Origin: Candidatus Saccharimonadota bacterium
Lineage (GTDB): Bacteria; Pseudomonadota; Gammaproteobacteria; Enterobacterales; Enterobacteriaceae
Reading direction: 5' to 3'
Assembly (NCBI RefSeq): GCF_023585745.1
Contig: NZ_CP097762.1
Coordinates: forward strand, 510,001 to 542,000
Length of the DNA stretch: 32,000 bases
Positions 9,164-18,157 of the stretch are shown here, piece after piece. Numbering within the stretch: position 1 is the stretch's first letter; every line of letters begins with the position of its first letter. The notes under the pieces were generated by a model. The model saw nothing but the letters and a program-made list of their open reading frames with translations. It ran no database searches and had not been told where the DNA came from. Both the position numbers and the translations under genes were made by a program.

Positions 9164-10576
9164 CTATTTTAACCAACACGTATGGAAAACGCCGGGTCTA
9201 TCAGACCGAGCATAAGTATGTGCCCCAAAACAATCTCTTTGAGCTTGAATAAGATTTGCAGGTAACACTTTACTACGATAACTATCATAATATGATATGA
9301 CCGCAGACAATGCAGGCATAGCAATACCATTTTTTATTCCAAATATTACGATTTCCCTTAACATATTTTGATAATTATTAATAATAGTTGTACAATACGG
9401 CGCTAACATCAGATTATTAATATCTGGATTCTGAGAATATATATCAATAATCCTTTGTAAAAATTTCGATCTAATAATACATCCAGCTCGAAAAATTTTA
9501 GCAATTTTTTTAAAATTTAAATTCCAATTATATTTATTAGAAGCAATAGCTAATTGATGAAAAGCTTGTGCATATAAAATAATTTTTCCTAAATATAATG
9601 CTTTCCGAGCTTTTTCAATATACAATAACCGAAGTTCGGGAGAAATTTTTTGTTTCTCAGGTCCTGACAATATATTAGATGCTGTTAATCTTTGCTCCTT
9701 TAACATAGAAACATAACGAGAAAATACTGACTCTGCAATTATATTAGATGCAACCTGTAAATTACAAGCATCTTGCACCATCCAAGATCCTGTGCCTTTA
9801 CTATCTGCAATATCTAGTACATAATCTACGATATTACAATTATCCATATCTTTTTTTAAAAATATACGACTAGTTATTTCTAATAAATAACTGTTTAATT
9901 CTCCTTGATTCCAATGATGAAATATTTCTCCTAAGTTATCATAAGTTACATGAAATACATTTTTCAATAAAAAATATATTTCAGAAATTATTTGCATTTC
10001 TCCATATTCTATACCATTATGTACCATTTTTACATAATGTCCAGCACCATTCGGTCCCAAATATGTTACGCACGGTTCATTATCAATGCACGCAGCAATA
10101 TTTGTTAAAACTTTCTGCACTTTCTTATACGCATGAAATTCCCCTCCAGGCATCAAAGATGGTCCATATAACGCACCACTTTCACCTCCAGAAATCCCGA
10201 GACCCATAAAATCTATTCCTTTTTTTAATAATGCAAGACTACGACGCATAGTATCTTTATAAAAAGAATTGCCTCCATCAATTAATACATCTCCTGGGCT
10301 TATATATGCAGATAATTCTTTAATAACATTATCAACATATATGCCTGAAGTAATCATTATAAATATAATACGGGGCTTAACCAAAGATAATACAAAATCT
10401 TCTATAGAATAAGATGGCAGTATATTTTTATTACAATTATTAGCAATTATTTTATCAGTTCTACTTTTCGATCGATTGTAAATAGCAACATAGTATTCTT
10501 TACTTGCAATATTTAGAGCTAAATTACTACCCATCACGCCCATTCCAATAACACCAATGTTTGGTTGTTCTGACAT
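9164..10576 (-). CDS. gnd: 6-phosphogluconate dehydrogenase, decarboxylating
   Basis: 470 aa, collinear with E. coli Gnd (IGVIGMGVMGSNLALNI, GISGGE.GAL.GPS.MPGG, GAGHYVKMVHNGIEYG.MQ, NKGTG-like DSKGTGSW, IFRAGCIIR, LPANLIQAQRD.FGAHTY). Strong SD (AGGAGAG) just upstream of the ATG at 10576. Confidence 0.97.
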   Translation of the reverse strand: MSEQPNIGVIGMGVMGSNLALNIASKEYYVAIYNRSKSRTDKIIANNCNKNILPSYSIEDFVLSLVKPRIIFIMITSGIYVDNVIKELSAYISPGDVLIDGGNSFYKDTMRRSLALLKKGIDFMGLGISGGESGALYGPSLMPGGEFHAYKKVQKVLTNIAACIDNEPCVTYLGPNGAGHYVKMVHNGIEYGEMQIISEIYFLLKNVFHVTYDNLGEIFHHWNQGELNSYLLEITSRIFLKKDMDNCNIVDYVLDIADSKGTGSWMVQDACNLQVASNIIAESVFSRYVSMLKEQRLTASNILSGPEKQKISPELRLLYIEKARKALYLGKIILYAQAFHQLAIASNKYNWNLNFKKIAKIFRAGCIIRSKFLQRIIDIYSQNPDINNLMLAPYCTTIINNYQNMLREIVIFGIKNGIAMPALSAVISYYDSYRSKVLPANLIQAQRDCFGAHTYARSDRPGVFHTCWLK

Positions 10577-10964
10577 TTTCTCTCCTATTAAACTATATAA
10601 AATATTTTATATGTATGAAAATACATAATCTATAATATTAATTCAAAATTCGCGCCGCATTACACATTAATATATCTATGATAACAATCAGTTAAATAAT
10701 ATTATGTTAAAATATAAAACTTTTAATAGAAATATCACGATATACACAGCATGTGTAATACAAAATATATACTTTTTTTACAAAAAAAAAATCAAAATAC
10801 AATATAATATGTATTAAAACATACTAACAATAAACTCACTCATTGTACATTTATATAATATACACATTTATTTTACTAAATCCATATAGAAAATTAAAAA
10901 TATACTTTATGATATAATTTAAATATGATTAAATTAAAATTTAATAAATTCTTAAATCATTATC

Positions 10965-12614
10965 ATGACTACTAAAAAAATATTAGTTACTTGCGCTTTA
11001 CCTTATGCTAATGGTTCATTGCATATTGGACATATATTAGAGCATATTCAAGCAGATATTTGGGTTCGTTATCAGCGCATGCAAGGACATCAAGTATATT
11101 TTATTTGTGCAGACGATGCTCATGGTACAGCTATTATGTTAAAAGCCCAAAAACTTAACATAAATCCTGAAAAAATGATTACACAGATACAATTAGAACA
11201 TGAAAGAGATTGTTACGCCTTTAGCATTAGCTATGATAATTATCACTCTACTCATAGTAAAGAAACACATGAATTATTAAACATGATCTATTTTCGATTA
11301 AAAAAAATGGGATTTATTAAGTGTAAATCTGTCTCTCAACTGTATGATTCCGAAAAACAAATGTTTTTGCCTGATCGTTTTGTAAAAGGAACATGCCCAA
11401 AATGTACAGCATCAAAACAATATGGAGATAACTGCGAAATATGTGGTACCATATATACTCCATTAGATTTGATACATCCAAAATCAGTGCTATCCAACAC
11501 AACTCCTATAGTAAAACAATCCAAACACCTATTTTTTGATTTACCAATATTTACAAATATGTTAAAAACATGGATACATTCTAGCGCTTTACAAAAAGAA
11601 GTAATCAACAAAATTGAAGAATGGTTTAAATTAGGATTAAAACAATGGAATATTTCTAGAGATGCTCCATACTTTGGCTTTAAGATACCTAACACTACAG
11701 ACAAATATTTTTATGTTTGGATGGATGCGCCTATAGGATACATGGGTACTTTTAAAAATTTATGTAATAAAAATAATAATATATCTTTTCAGGATTTTTG
11801 GCATCCAGACTCTACAACAGAACTGTATCAGTTTATTGGAAAAGATATTATTTACTTCCATTGTTTATTTTGGCCTGCAATTTTACAAGGTAGTAACTTT
11901 AGAAAACCAACAAATATCATTGTGCATGGACATGTAACTATAAACGGAGCTAAAATATCAAAATCTAAAGGAACAGTAATTCATATACAAACCTACTTGT
12001 CGCATTTACACTCAGATTATCTAAGATACTACTATGCTACAAAACTCTCATCTCGTATTAATGATATAGATTTAAATTTAACTGATTTTACTAACAAAGT
12101 AAATGCAGATATTATCAATAAAATATTAAACTTAGCTTCCAGAAACGCTAAATTTATATCTCAATATAATAATGGACAATTATCAAATAAATTAGAAAAT
12201 CCAGGATTATATGAAAAATTTGCTAATTCTAGACATATGATAGAAGAATTATTTAATAAACGTGATTTTAATGCTGCAATAAAAAAAATTATGAAATTAG
12301 CAGATGAAGCTAATCAATATATTGATAAACTCGCTCCTTGGCACATTGCAAACAAAAACAATCAAAAAGATAAAATCTTATCTATTTATTCTATGGGTAT
12401 TCAACTATTTCGTATTTTAATGATTTATCTGAAACCTGTATTACCCAAATTAGCTAAATATAGTGAAAATTTTCTTAATACTGATTTAACATGGGATAGC
12501 ATTATGACACCTTTATTAAATCATCGTATTAACCAATTTAATACTGTCTTTTATCGAATTAACTCGAAACAAATTTCATGTATTAAAAATGAATCAAAAT
12601 TAAATAATGACTAG
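10965..12614 (+). CDS. metG: Methionine--tRNA ligase, short form lacking the C-terminal tRNA-binding/dimerisation domain
   Basis: 549 aa. [19 protein letters not shown] (HIGH motif), zinc knuckle [31 protein letters not shown] (KMSKS motif), and anticodon-binding region to ..[10 protein letters not shown]. The protein ends about where E. coli MetRS (about 677 aa) begins its C-terminal appended domain. Confidence 0.97.
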   Translation: MTTKKILVTCALPYANGSLHIGHILEHIQADIWVRYQRMQGHQVYFICADDAHGTAIMLKAQKLNINPEKMITQIQLEHERDCYAFSISYDNYHSTHSKETHELLNMIYFRLKKMGFIKCKSVSQLYDSEKQMFLPDRFVKGTCPKCTASKQYGDNCEICGTIYTPLDLIHPKSVLSNTTPIVKQSKHLFFDLPIFTNMLKTWIHSSALQKEVINKIEEWFKLGLKQWNISRDAPYFGFKIPNTTDKYFYVWMDAPIGYMGTFKNLCNKNNNISFQDFWHPDSTTELYQFIGKDIIYFHCLFWPAILQGSNFRKPTNIIVHGHVTINGAKISKSKGTVIHIQTYLSHLHSDYLRYYYATKLSSRINDIDLNLTDFTNKVNADIINKILNLASRNAKFISQYNNGQLSNKLENPGLYEKFANSRHMIEELFNKRDFNAAIKKIMKLADEANQYIDKLAPWHIANKNNQKDKILSIYSMGIQLFRILMIYLKPVLPKLAKYSENFLNTDLTWDSIMTPLLNHRINQFNTVFYRINSKQISCIKNESKLNND

Positions 12615-13125
12615 TAATAAAAATTTACTCATTATAAATAATGTATTATATATAATAAACTTCAATTCCCGTGTTAATAACGTGACATAAACTATGTAGT
12701 AATATCATAATTATAGTTATAATGTAACAATACGCAAAATTACAACAATAATAACACTTTAAAAATCTTTTTCTAATAATCTAGAATCTGATTCTGCAAA
12801 TTAATTTTTATATGTATTTAAAACAATACGATCTATAACACTATTTAATTGCTTTAATATTATAAATATTATAATACTTATTATATAAATAAACCAAAAT
12901 ATATATTTTATATAAAATACACCTATACTATTTCATTTACTGTGTAAAAACATACATCATACAAAACATATAACTTATATATTATATAAACATAGTAGAC
13001 ATATTTTATTTATATGACTAATAATAACATTAACGATAATTCTATACTTTCTATAGATCTCAATGCATAAGTTAAAGATATTGAATATAAATATTATATG
13101 TATAAACGATAATATTATATAACTT

Positions 13126-13147
13126 CATGATGTTTTAACACATCATG
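13126..13147 (-). terminator. Candidate hairpin just downstream of the folE stop (8-bp stem CATGATGT / ACATCATG, 6-nt loop)
   Basis: Perfect inverted repeat 13126..13133 / 13140..13147, 5 nt beyond the folE stop codon (13152..13154) on the - strand. It is followed by A/T-rich sequence but not a clean U run, so support is weak. Confidence 0.3.
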
Positions 13148-13151
13148 TATA

Positions 13152-13817
13152 TTACTTATTGTAATGTACAACTAAATACAAAAATTCTTTACGAGTATTC
13201 ATACTGTCTTTAAACAATCCTCCTAATTCAGTAGTAGTAACGGTGCTATTAGAATCGTGTATCCCTCTAGCTTTTACACAATAATGCATTGCATCAATAA
13301 ATATTGCTATACTATCCGTATTTAACAATACCTTTAGGGCTAAAAAAATTTGTTTAGTTAATCGTTCTTGTAACTGTGGTCTTTTAGAAAAAAATTGCAC
13401 TATCCTGTTAATTTTTGATAAACCAATTATGTTATTCTTAGGAATATAAGAAATAGTTATTGTTCCATCAAAAATAATAAAATGATGTTCACAAATACTA
13501 GTAAAATTAATACCCCGCACTGTGATCATATCATGAACTTTCATGACATTTTTAATAATGTTAATTTTAGGAAAATTAGAATAATTTAATCCTGAAAAAA
13601 TTTCATCGACATACATTGTAGATACACGTTTTGGAGTATTTAATAAACTATCACTTTGTAAATCTAATTTCAGAAGATGTACTATTGACCTCATGTGACT
13701 CTCAATAAGATGTTTACGTACACTATAACTAATATTTAAACAAATTATCGGATTTTCTAAACCTTTTTCTAACAACGCATTACGTACTAATAATGCCTCT
13801 TGCGTCAAGATAGACAT
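13152..13817 (-). CDS. folE: GTP cyclohydrolase I (FolE type 1)
   Basis: 221 aa versus 222 in E. coli. Motifs: TP.R....[54 protein letters not shown]...T..LGGLFK. Confidence 0.97.
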   Translation of the reverse strand: MSILTQEALLVRNALLEKGLENPIICLNISYSVRKHLIESHMRSIVHLLKLDLQSDSLLNTPKRVSTMYVDEIFSGLNYSNFPKINIIKNVMKVHDMITVRGINFTSICEHHFIIFDGTITISYIPKNNIIGLSKINRIVQFFSKRPQLQERLTKQIFLALKVLLNTDSIAIFIDAMHYCVKARGIHDSNSTVTTTELGGLFKDSMNTRKEFLYLVVHYNK

Positions 13818-13845
13818 GATCTATTCCTGAAAAACTTAGTGTCTT

Positions 13846-13867
13846 ATATAATATAATTATATTATAT
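13846..13867. repeat. 22-bp perfect A/T palindrome (atataatataattatattatat) 29-50 nt upstream of the folE start, in the folE/rplY divergent spacer
   Basis: Verified base by base around the centre 13856|13857. It carries TATAAT on both strands. Confidence 0.85.
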
Positions 13868-14507
13868 TGAAAAATTATAGGAAACTGAGTGTTATATTAT
13901 TTTATTAATATAAATACATTAACTAATTAATAATAAATTTTACATTGCTCTATTAAATAATATAAAAAGTTCATTTACTATATACAACATAATAAATAAT
14001 ATTTTTTATAAAAAAACTATATTAAGCACAACTTATGCTCTATATAACAAAATTAATACAAATTTTGTATGCCTCTACATACATTAGAAACACAACAAAA
14101 GAGAAGACTCTTATTACTTGTATTTTTCGTGCCCACATGACACACCATATTTTTAATAAAAACTATTTAAATAATTGTATATTAATTATGTTAAATACAA
14201 TATTTCAGTATCATTATAAATTTACAAAATATTTTAAACATTAAGCATATGTATATTAAATTTAATTTCTTTATTTAAAAATACACATAATATTATATAC
14301 ACAAATATACAAATTAAAACCAAGAAATATTATCAAATAATAATATTTACAAACCAAATATTTATAGATATATTATTTAATAAAATTCAATATAATGAAT
14401 AACTAAAATGCGTTTAAACATCAATTATATTAATAATTAATATATCTAAATAATAGATTATTATTAATATTCAACAATTAAAATAAATAAAATCATGGTA
14501 TTAAATA

Positions 14508-14804
14508 ATGTTAACAATTAATGCAATTTCTAGAATTGATATCAAAAAAAGTGCAACCAGAAAATTACGTACACAACACAAATGTCCTGGTGTTATATAC
14601 AGTAAAAAAAATAAAGAAAATTCATCATGTATTTCGCTAAATCAAAATGATTTATTACGACCAGATATTGCTAATATATTACGTAAAAATAATATCCTGC
14701 AATTATCGATTAATAATAAAGCATCTATTACAGTAAGAATTCAAGATATTCAATATCATCCTTTTAAATTAAAAATAATTCATATTGACTTTACTATAAT
14801 CTAA
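14508..14804 (+). CDS. rplY: 50S ribosomal protein L25
   Basis: 98 aa. M.TINA..R....K.A.RKLR...K.P.VIY.. and C-terminal ..QD.Q.HPFK.K..HIDF match E. coli L25 (94 aa). It precedes tRNA-Pro(GGG) as rplY precedes proL in E. coli. Confidence 0.9.
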   Translation: MLTINAISRIDIKKSATRKLRTQHKCPGVIYSKKNKENSSCISLNQNDLLRPDIANILRKNNILQLSINNKASITVRIQDIQYHPFKLKIIHIDFTII

Positions 14805-15052
14805 TATTATATAATTATATTTTCATACATAAATTTTAAAAACAAACTTCTATATGAATATTGTTGCTATTAACATAAATAAACATACATCTTGTATGAT
14901 GATACAATTTTTATGAAAAAATAAAATTTTTCAATTCTATTAAATTAATTTAAATATTAAAATGAGCAATATTGTCTAGTTTTTTAATATTTTATTTCTT
15001 TTGAAATATAGAATATTAAAAATTTCTACTCTAAACTATAATAAATATACTA

Positions 15053-15126
15053 CGGCATGTAGCGCAGTTTGGTAGCGCACCGTCATGGGGTGTCGGAGGT
15101 CGGAGGTTCAAATCCTCTCATGCCGA
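15053..15126 (+). tRNA. proL: tRNA-Pro, anticodon GGG (15087..15089); 74 nt, 3' CCA not encoded
   Basis: Hand-folded cloverleaf. Acceptor CGGCATG/CATGCCG: 7 perfect pairs. D stem GCGC/GCGC. Anticodon stem CCGTC/GTCGG with one U-U. Loop AT-GGG-GT with G37. T stem GGAGG/CCTCT. T loop TTCAAAT. Discriminator A at 15126, followed by aaaaatttttt. Nearly identical to my recollection of E. coli proL. Confidence 0.92.
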
Positions 15127-15189
15127 AAAATTTTTTAAAAATCTACAAAACTACACAACAGTATGCATTAAAATACATAAATAATGTTA

Positions 15190-16260
15190 TTAATATTTAT
15201 GACGCTCTAATGCTAAATCTATTAATTTTGTAATCAATTCCCGAACACTTAAACCAGTAGCTTCCCATAGTTTAGGATACATACTATTCTGAGTAAATCC
15301 AGGTACAGTATTGATCTCATTAATAAAAATCTTATTTTCAGGAGTTAAAAACATATCTACCCGAGCCATTCCAGTGCAATGGAACAACCTGACAGCACAT
15401 AAAACAACTTCTGTTATAACACCTTTTATTATATTATCAACAGCAGCAGGTATTTTAATTTGAACAACATTATCTAAATACTTATGACAATAAGTATAAG
15501 TATCTCCTTCTGGTAATATAATTTCACCAAATACACTAATTTCTAAGTTATCATTACCCAATACCGCACATTCTAATTCTCTTCCATAAATCGCTTGCTC
15601 TACTAATATTTTATTACTAAAAGAAAAAGCATAAAGTACTGCTTGATGAAAACTTTTATCACTAAAAACTTTTTGCACTCCTATCGAAGAACCTTGATTC
15701 GCAGGCTTTACAAATAATGGTAAACCAAACAAATTTACAAGATCTGCAAAATTTATATCATCTTGATGATTACTATAAAACGTTCTAAACGGGGCAACTA
15801 ATAAACCAGAATCACGCAATAAACATTTAGTTATATTTTTATCCATACACACAGAAGAGGCTAAAATATCAGATCCAACATAAGGTACATTCATTATACG
15901 TAATAAACCCTGTAAAGCTCCATCTTCTCCTGGGCTTCCATGTACCACAGGAAAAAAAACATCACATTCTACTGATAAATAATTAATATTATTGCAACTC
16001 AATGCCAATTTATGCAATTTTTTTTGCAAAACAATTGAAACACATGTGTCATCTTGTTGACACTCTAATAAATCCTCAAAATTTATATCTCTTAAATACC
16101 AACACCCTTTCTTGTCTATTAATAATATCACTACTTTAAATATATTAATATCAATAGATTGAGCAATATAAATTGCTGATCTTAAAGATATTTCATATTC
16201 AAAAGAAAAACCACCGCAAATAATACCAACACATAACTTCTTTTTTTTTAAAATATGCAT
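15190..16260 (-). CDS. ddlA: D-alanine--D-alanine ligase, DdlA type
   Basis: 356 aa (E. coli DdlA 364 aa, DdlB 306 aa). Motifs: VGIICGG.S.E.E.SL.SA, FPVVHGSPGEDGALQGLLRIMNVPYVGSDILASSVCMDK, LPLFVKPANQGSSIGV.KV, GRELECAVLGN, GMARVDMFLTPEN..FINEINT.PGFT..SMYPKLWEA.GL, LI..LI.LALERH. The sequence is clearly closer to DdlA than to DdlB. Confidence 0.93.
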   Translation of the reverse strand: MHILKKKKLCVGIICGGFSFEYEISLRSAIYIAQSIDINIFKVVILLIDKKGCWYLRDINFEDLLECQQDDTCVSIVLQKKLHKLALSCNNINYLSVECDVFFPVVHGSPGEDGALQGLLRIMNVPYVGSDILASSVCMDKNITKCLLRDSGLLVAPFRTFYSNHQDDINFADLVNLFGLPLFVKPANQGSSIGVQKVFSDKSFHQAVLYAFSFSNKILVEQAIYGRELECAVLGNDNLEISVFGEIILPEGDTYTYCHKYLDNVVQIKIPAAVDNIIKGVITEVVLCAVRLFHCTGMARVDMFLTPENKIFINEINTVPGFTQNSMYPKLWEATGLSVRELITKLIDLALERHKY

Positions 16261-16320
16261 TTTAATAACATATATTTATCTAATGTGTTATAAAATACGA
16301 ATTTAATATAAAACAGGCAA

Positions 16321-16343
16321 AGACCAAATATCATAGTTGGTCT
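16321..16343 (-). terminator. Candidate intrinsic terminator of the porin gene (stem AGACCAA / TTGGTCT, 9-nt loop)
   Basis: Perfect 7-bp inverted repeat in one of the few G/C-containing patches of the spacer, 85 nt downstream of the porin stop. On the - strand it is followed by TTGCCTGTTTTATATT. It separates the porin gene from ddlA. Confidence 0.35.
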
Positions 16344-16427
16344 GTACCCGTGTTATATACAACATACACAAAATTTTTTAGTGCAATTATTATGTATTTT
16401 ATATTATTCTATAATAATATAGAAGAA

Positions 16428-17549
16428 CTAAAACACATATGCTATACCTAAAGCAATAACATTATCAGTACTAATGTTTGCTGCACGAGAAAAATCACTT
16501 CTACTTAATAAATTAAGCCTATAATCTATAGTGGTACAAACATTTTTATTAAAAACAAATCCAGTTCCAAACGTAATGCTTCTTTTTAAGAACTCACCAT
16601 ATCCGCTATTATCCATATCACTAGATTTAGAATGAACATAAGATATAGAAGGACGTAATCCAAAACCAAATTGGTATTGTGCTACTAACTCAACATTTTT
16701 CGCTTTATTAGCAAAACCACAAACACTGTCTGGGTTTAAAACATCAGAAAAATTGCCAAATGGAGTCATATTAAAAGTCTCACCATAAGTAGCTGCAACA
16801 TACATACCCTTTCTATCATATTTGACTCCTAAATTATATGCTTCAATATTATCACTATATCTGTTGTTAGAATCTAAACTGATCTGAGACGCAAGACGTT
16901 TACTGTTATTATAAGCTACAGCTATAGACAATCCATTATCCAATGAATAAGATGCTGATACTCCATATCCCTCTCCATTAGCAGTTTTTACAGTACGACC
17001 AGTGTAATGATTAACATTATTCTTGCCTTGATACTGCAAAGCAACATCTAACCCATTAACATAACCAAAAAGATTTTTATTACGATATGTTACTACATTG
17101 GAACTACGACCAGATAAAAAATTATCTGAAATAGATATATCACCGCCAAATCCTGGCACTACATCGGTCCAAGCTCCTACATCATATAATACCCCATAAT
17201 TTCTGCCGTAATCAATGCTTCCAAAATTCCCAAAATGTATTCCTGCATAACCAAGCAATATTCTATTACTATTACTCATATTAGTTCTTTCCACACCTCG
17301 CAAAGCAATTTCATGCTCCCAAACACCAAACCCAATAATGCTGTCGTTCACATATGTTTTACCAGAAAATCCATATCGTACAAATGAATTATCTCCGTCT
17401 TTCACGCAATCTTTAGAAAAATAATGCCCTCCCACAATAGTACCAAACATACTTAATGTATTTCCATCTTTTTCATAAATCTCAGCAGCTCCGGCTGTAC
17501 TTGCCATAACTATAGTAGCAATCAGGCTAGTAAGACACCGTAATTTCAT
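16428..17549 (-). CDS. ompF: General diffusion porin of the enterobacterial OmpF/OmpC/PhoE family
   Basis: 373 aa. Signal peptide MKLRCLTSLIATIVMASTAGA|AEIY. Motifs: AEIY.KDGN, GSIDYGRNYGVLYDV..WTD, L3 loop PGFGGD...SDNF, VTYRN.N.FG.V.GL..ALQYQGKN, YGETFN.TP, GFANKA.N.ELVAQYQFGFGLRPSISY, C-terminal ..IALGIAYVF. The sequence looks slightly more OmpF-like, but the map position corresponds to E. coli ompC, so paralogue assignment is uncertain. Confidence 0.88.
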   Translation of the reverse strand: MKLRCLTSLIATIVMASTAGAAEIYEKDGNTLSMFGTIVGGHYFSKDCVKDGDNSFVRYGFSGKTYVNDSIIGFGVWEHEIALRGVERTNMSNSNRILLGYAGIHFGNFGSIDYGRNYGVLYDVGAWTDVVPGFGGDISISDNFLSGRSSNVVTYRNKNLFGYVNGLDVALQYQGKNNVNHYTGRTVKTANGEGYGVSASYSLDNGLSIAVAYNNSKRLASQISLDSNNRYSDNIEAYNLGVKYDRKGMYVAATYGETFNMTPFGNFSDVLNPDSVCGFANKAKNVELVAQYQFGFGLRPSISYVHSKSSDMDNSGYGEFLKRSITFGTGFVFNKNVCTTIDYRLNLLSRSDFSRAANISTDNVIALGIAYVF

Positions 17550-18132
17550 ATTAATACCTCAATCTATATAGTAAAAATAATATTATTAAAATTTAACATT
17601 TAAATACTGAAATAAATGTAAAATCTCATTTTTATTAAAAATATACAATTCTGATACTTATCATACATAAACCATTATTAAATAATAATATATGACCTTA
17701 TTACACCATTAAACTTTTAACACACTAACTATCTATATTAAATATATATATACATTAAAAATACACACATGCATATATATTAATATAATTTTTTTAAATC
17801 CCTTACCGACAATAATAAAAATCCGTTATATAAGTACTGTCTCCACCAATTTATATTGCTATATATTGTAGCATATATAATGTTTTGGATTCATAATATG
17901 AATAATGAATCTTTTTAAAATAAGATACCTATATAATATAATTACAATATAAATTGCACTCCATAATCACATTGCATAAACACATATAATATAATTTTCC
18001 ACGATTAATTTATTATTAATACCTATAATATTATATATATAACCTGAAAACTATTTCAATATATGCAAGATAATATCAGTTGAATTTCTAAAAAATATCA
18101 ATTTTTATAAAATTAAAAAATTATAGTTTGTA

Positions 18133-18151
18133 TTTTCAGTATAACTGAAAA
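18133..18151 (-). terminator. Candidate weak hairpin downstream of gyrA (TTTTCAGT ata ACTGAAAA)
   Basis: Perfect 8-bp inverted repeat with a 3-nt loop, 7 nt after the gyrA stop (18158..18160). The stem is A/T-rich with only two G:C pairs, and A/T-rich sequence follows. Low specificity in this composition. Confidence 0.25.
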
Positions 18152-18157
18152 CTTAAT

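Noticed and set aside
10651-10658. Isolated 8-nt all-G/C block (cgcgccgc) in the gnd-metG spacer, next to a TTGAAT-N17-TATTTT promoter-like pair for gnd.
   Set aside because: It is striking against the A/T background. But it has no partner for a hairpin and matches no motif I know, and promoter-like hexamers are ubiquitous here. It is not supportable as a feature without conservation or transcription start-site data.
14035-14244. 69-aa ORF in the folE-rplY spacer (MLYITKLIQILYASTYIRNTTKEK..).
   Set aside because: Low-complexity, A/T-driven sequence rich in I/N/K/Y/F. It has no SD upstream and no resemblance to any family I know. A chance ORF of this size is expected in a 690-bp A/T spacer. 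A conserved homologue in relatives would be needed to revive it.
17550-18157. Search for a micF homologue and OmpR-box arrays upstream of the porin gene.
   Set aside because: I found no recognisable similarity to the E. coli micF sequence as I remember it. Only the orphan hairpin reported separately (17888..17916) was seen. OmpR-type repeats cannot be distinguished from background in this A/T content.
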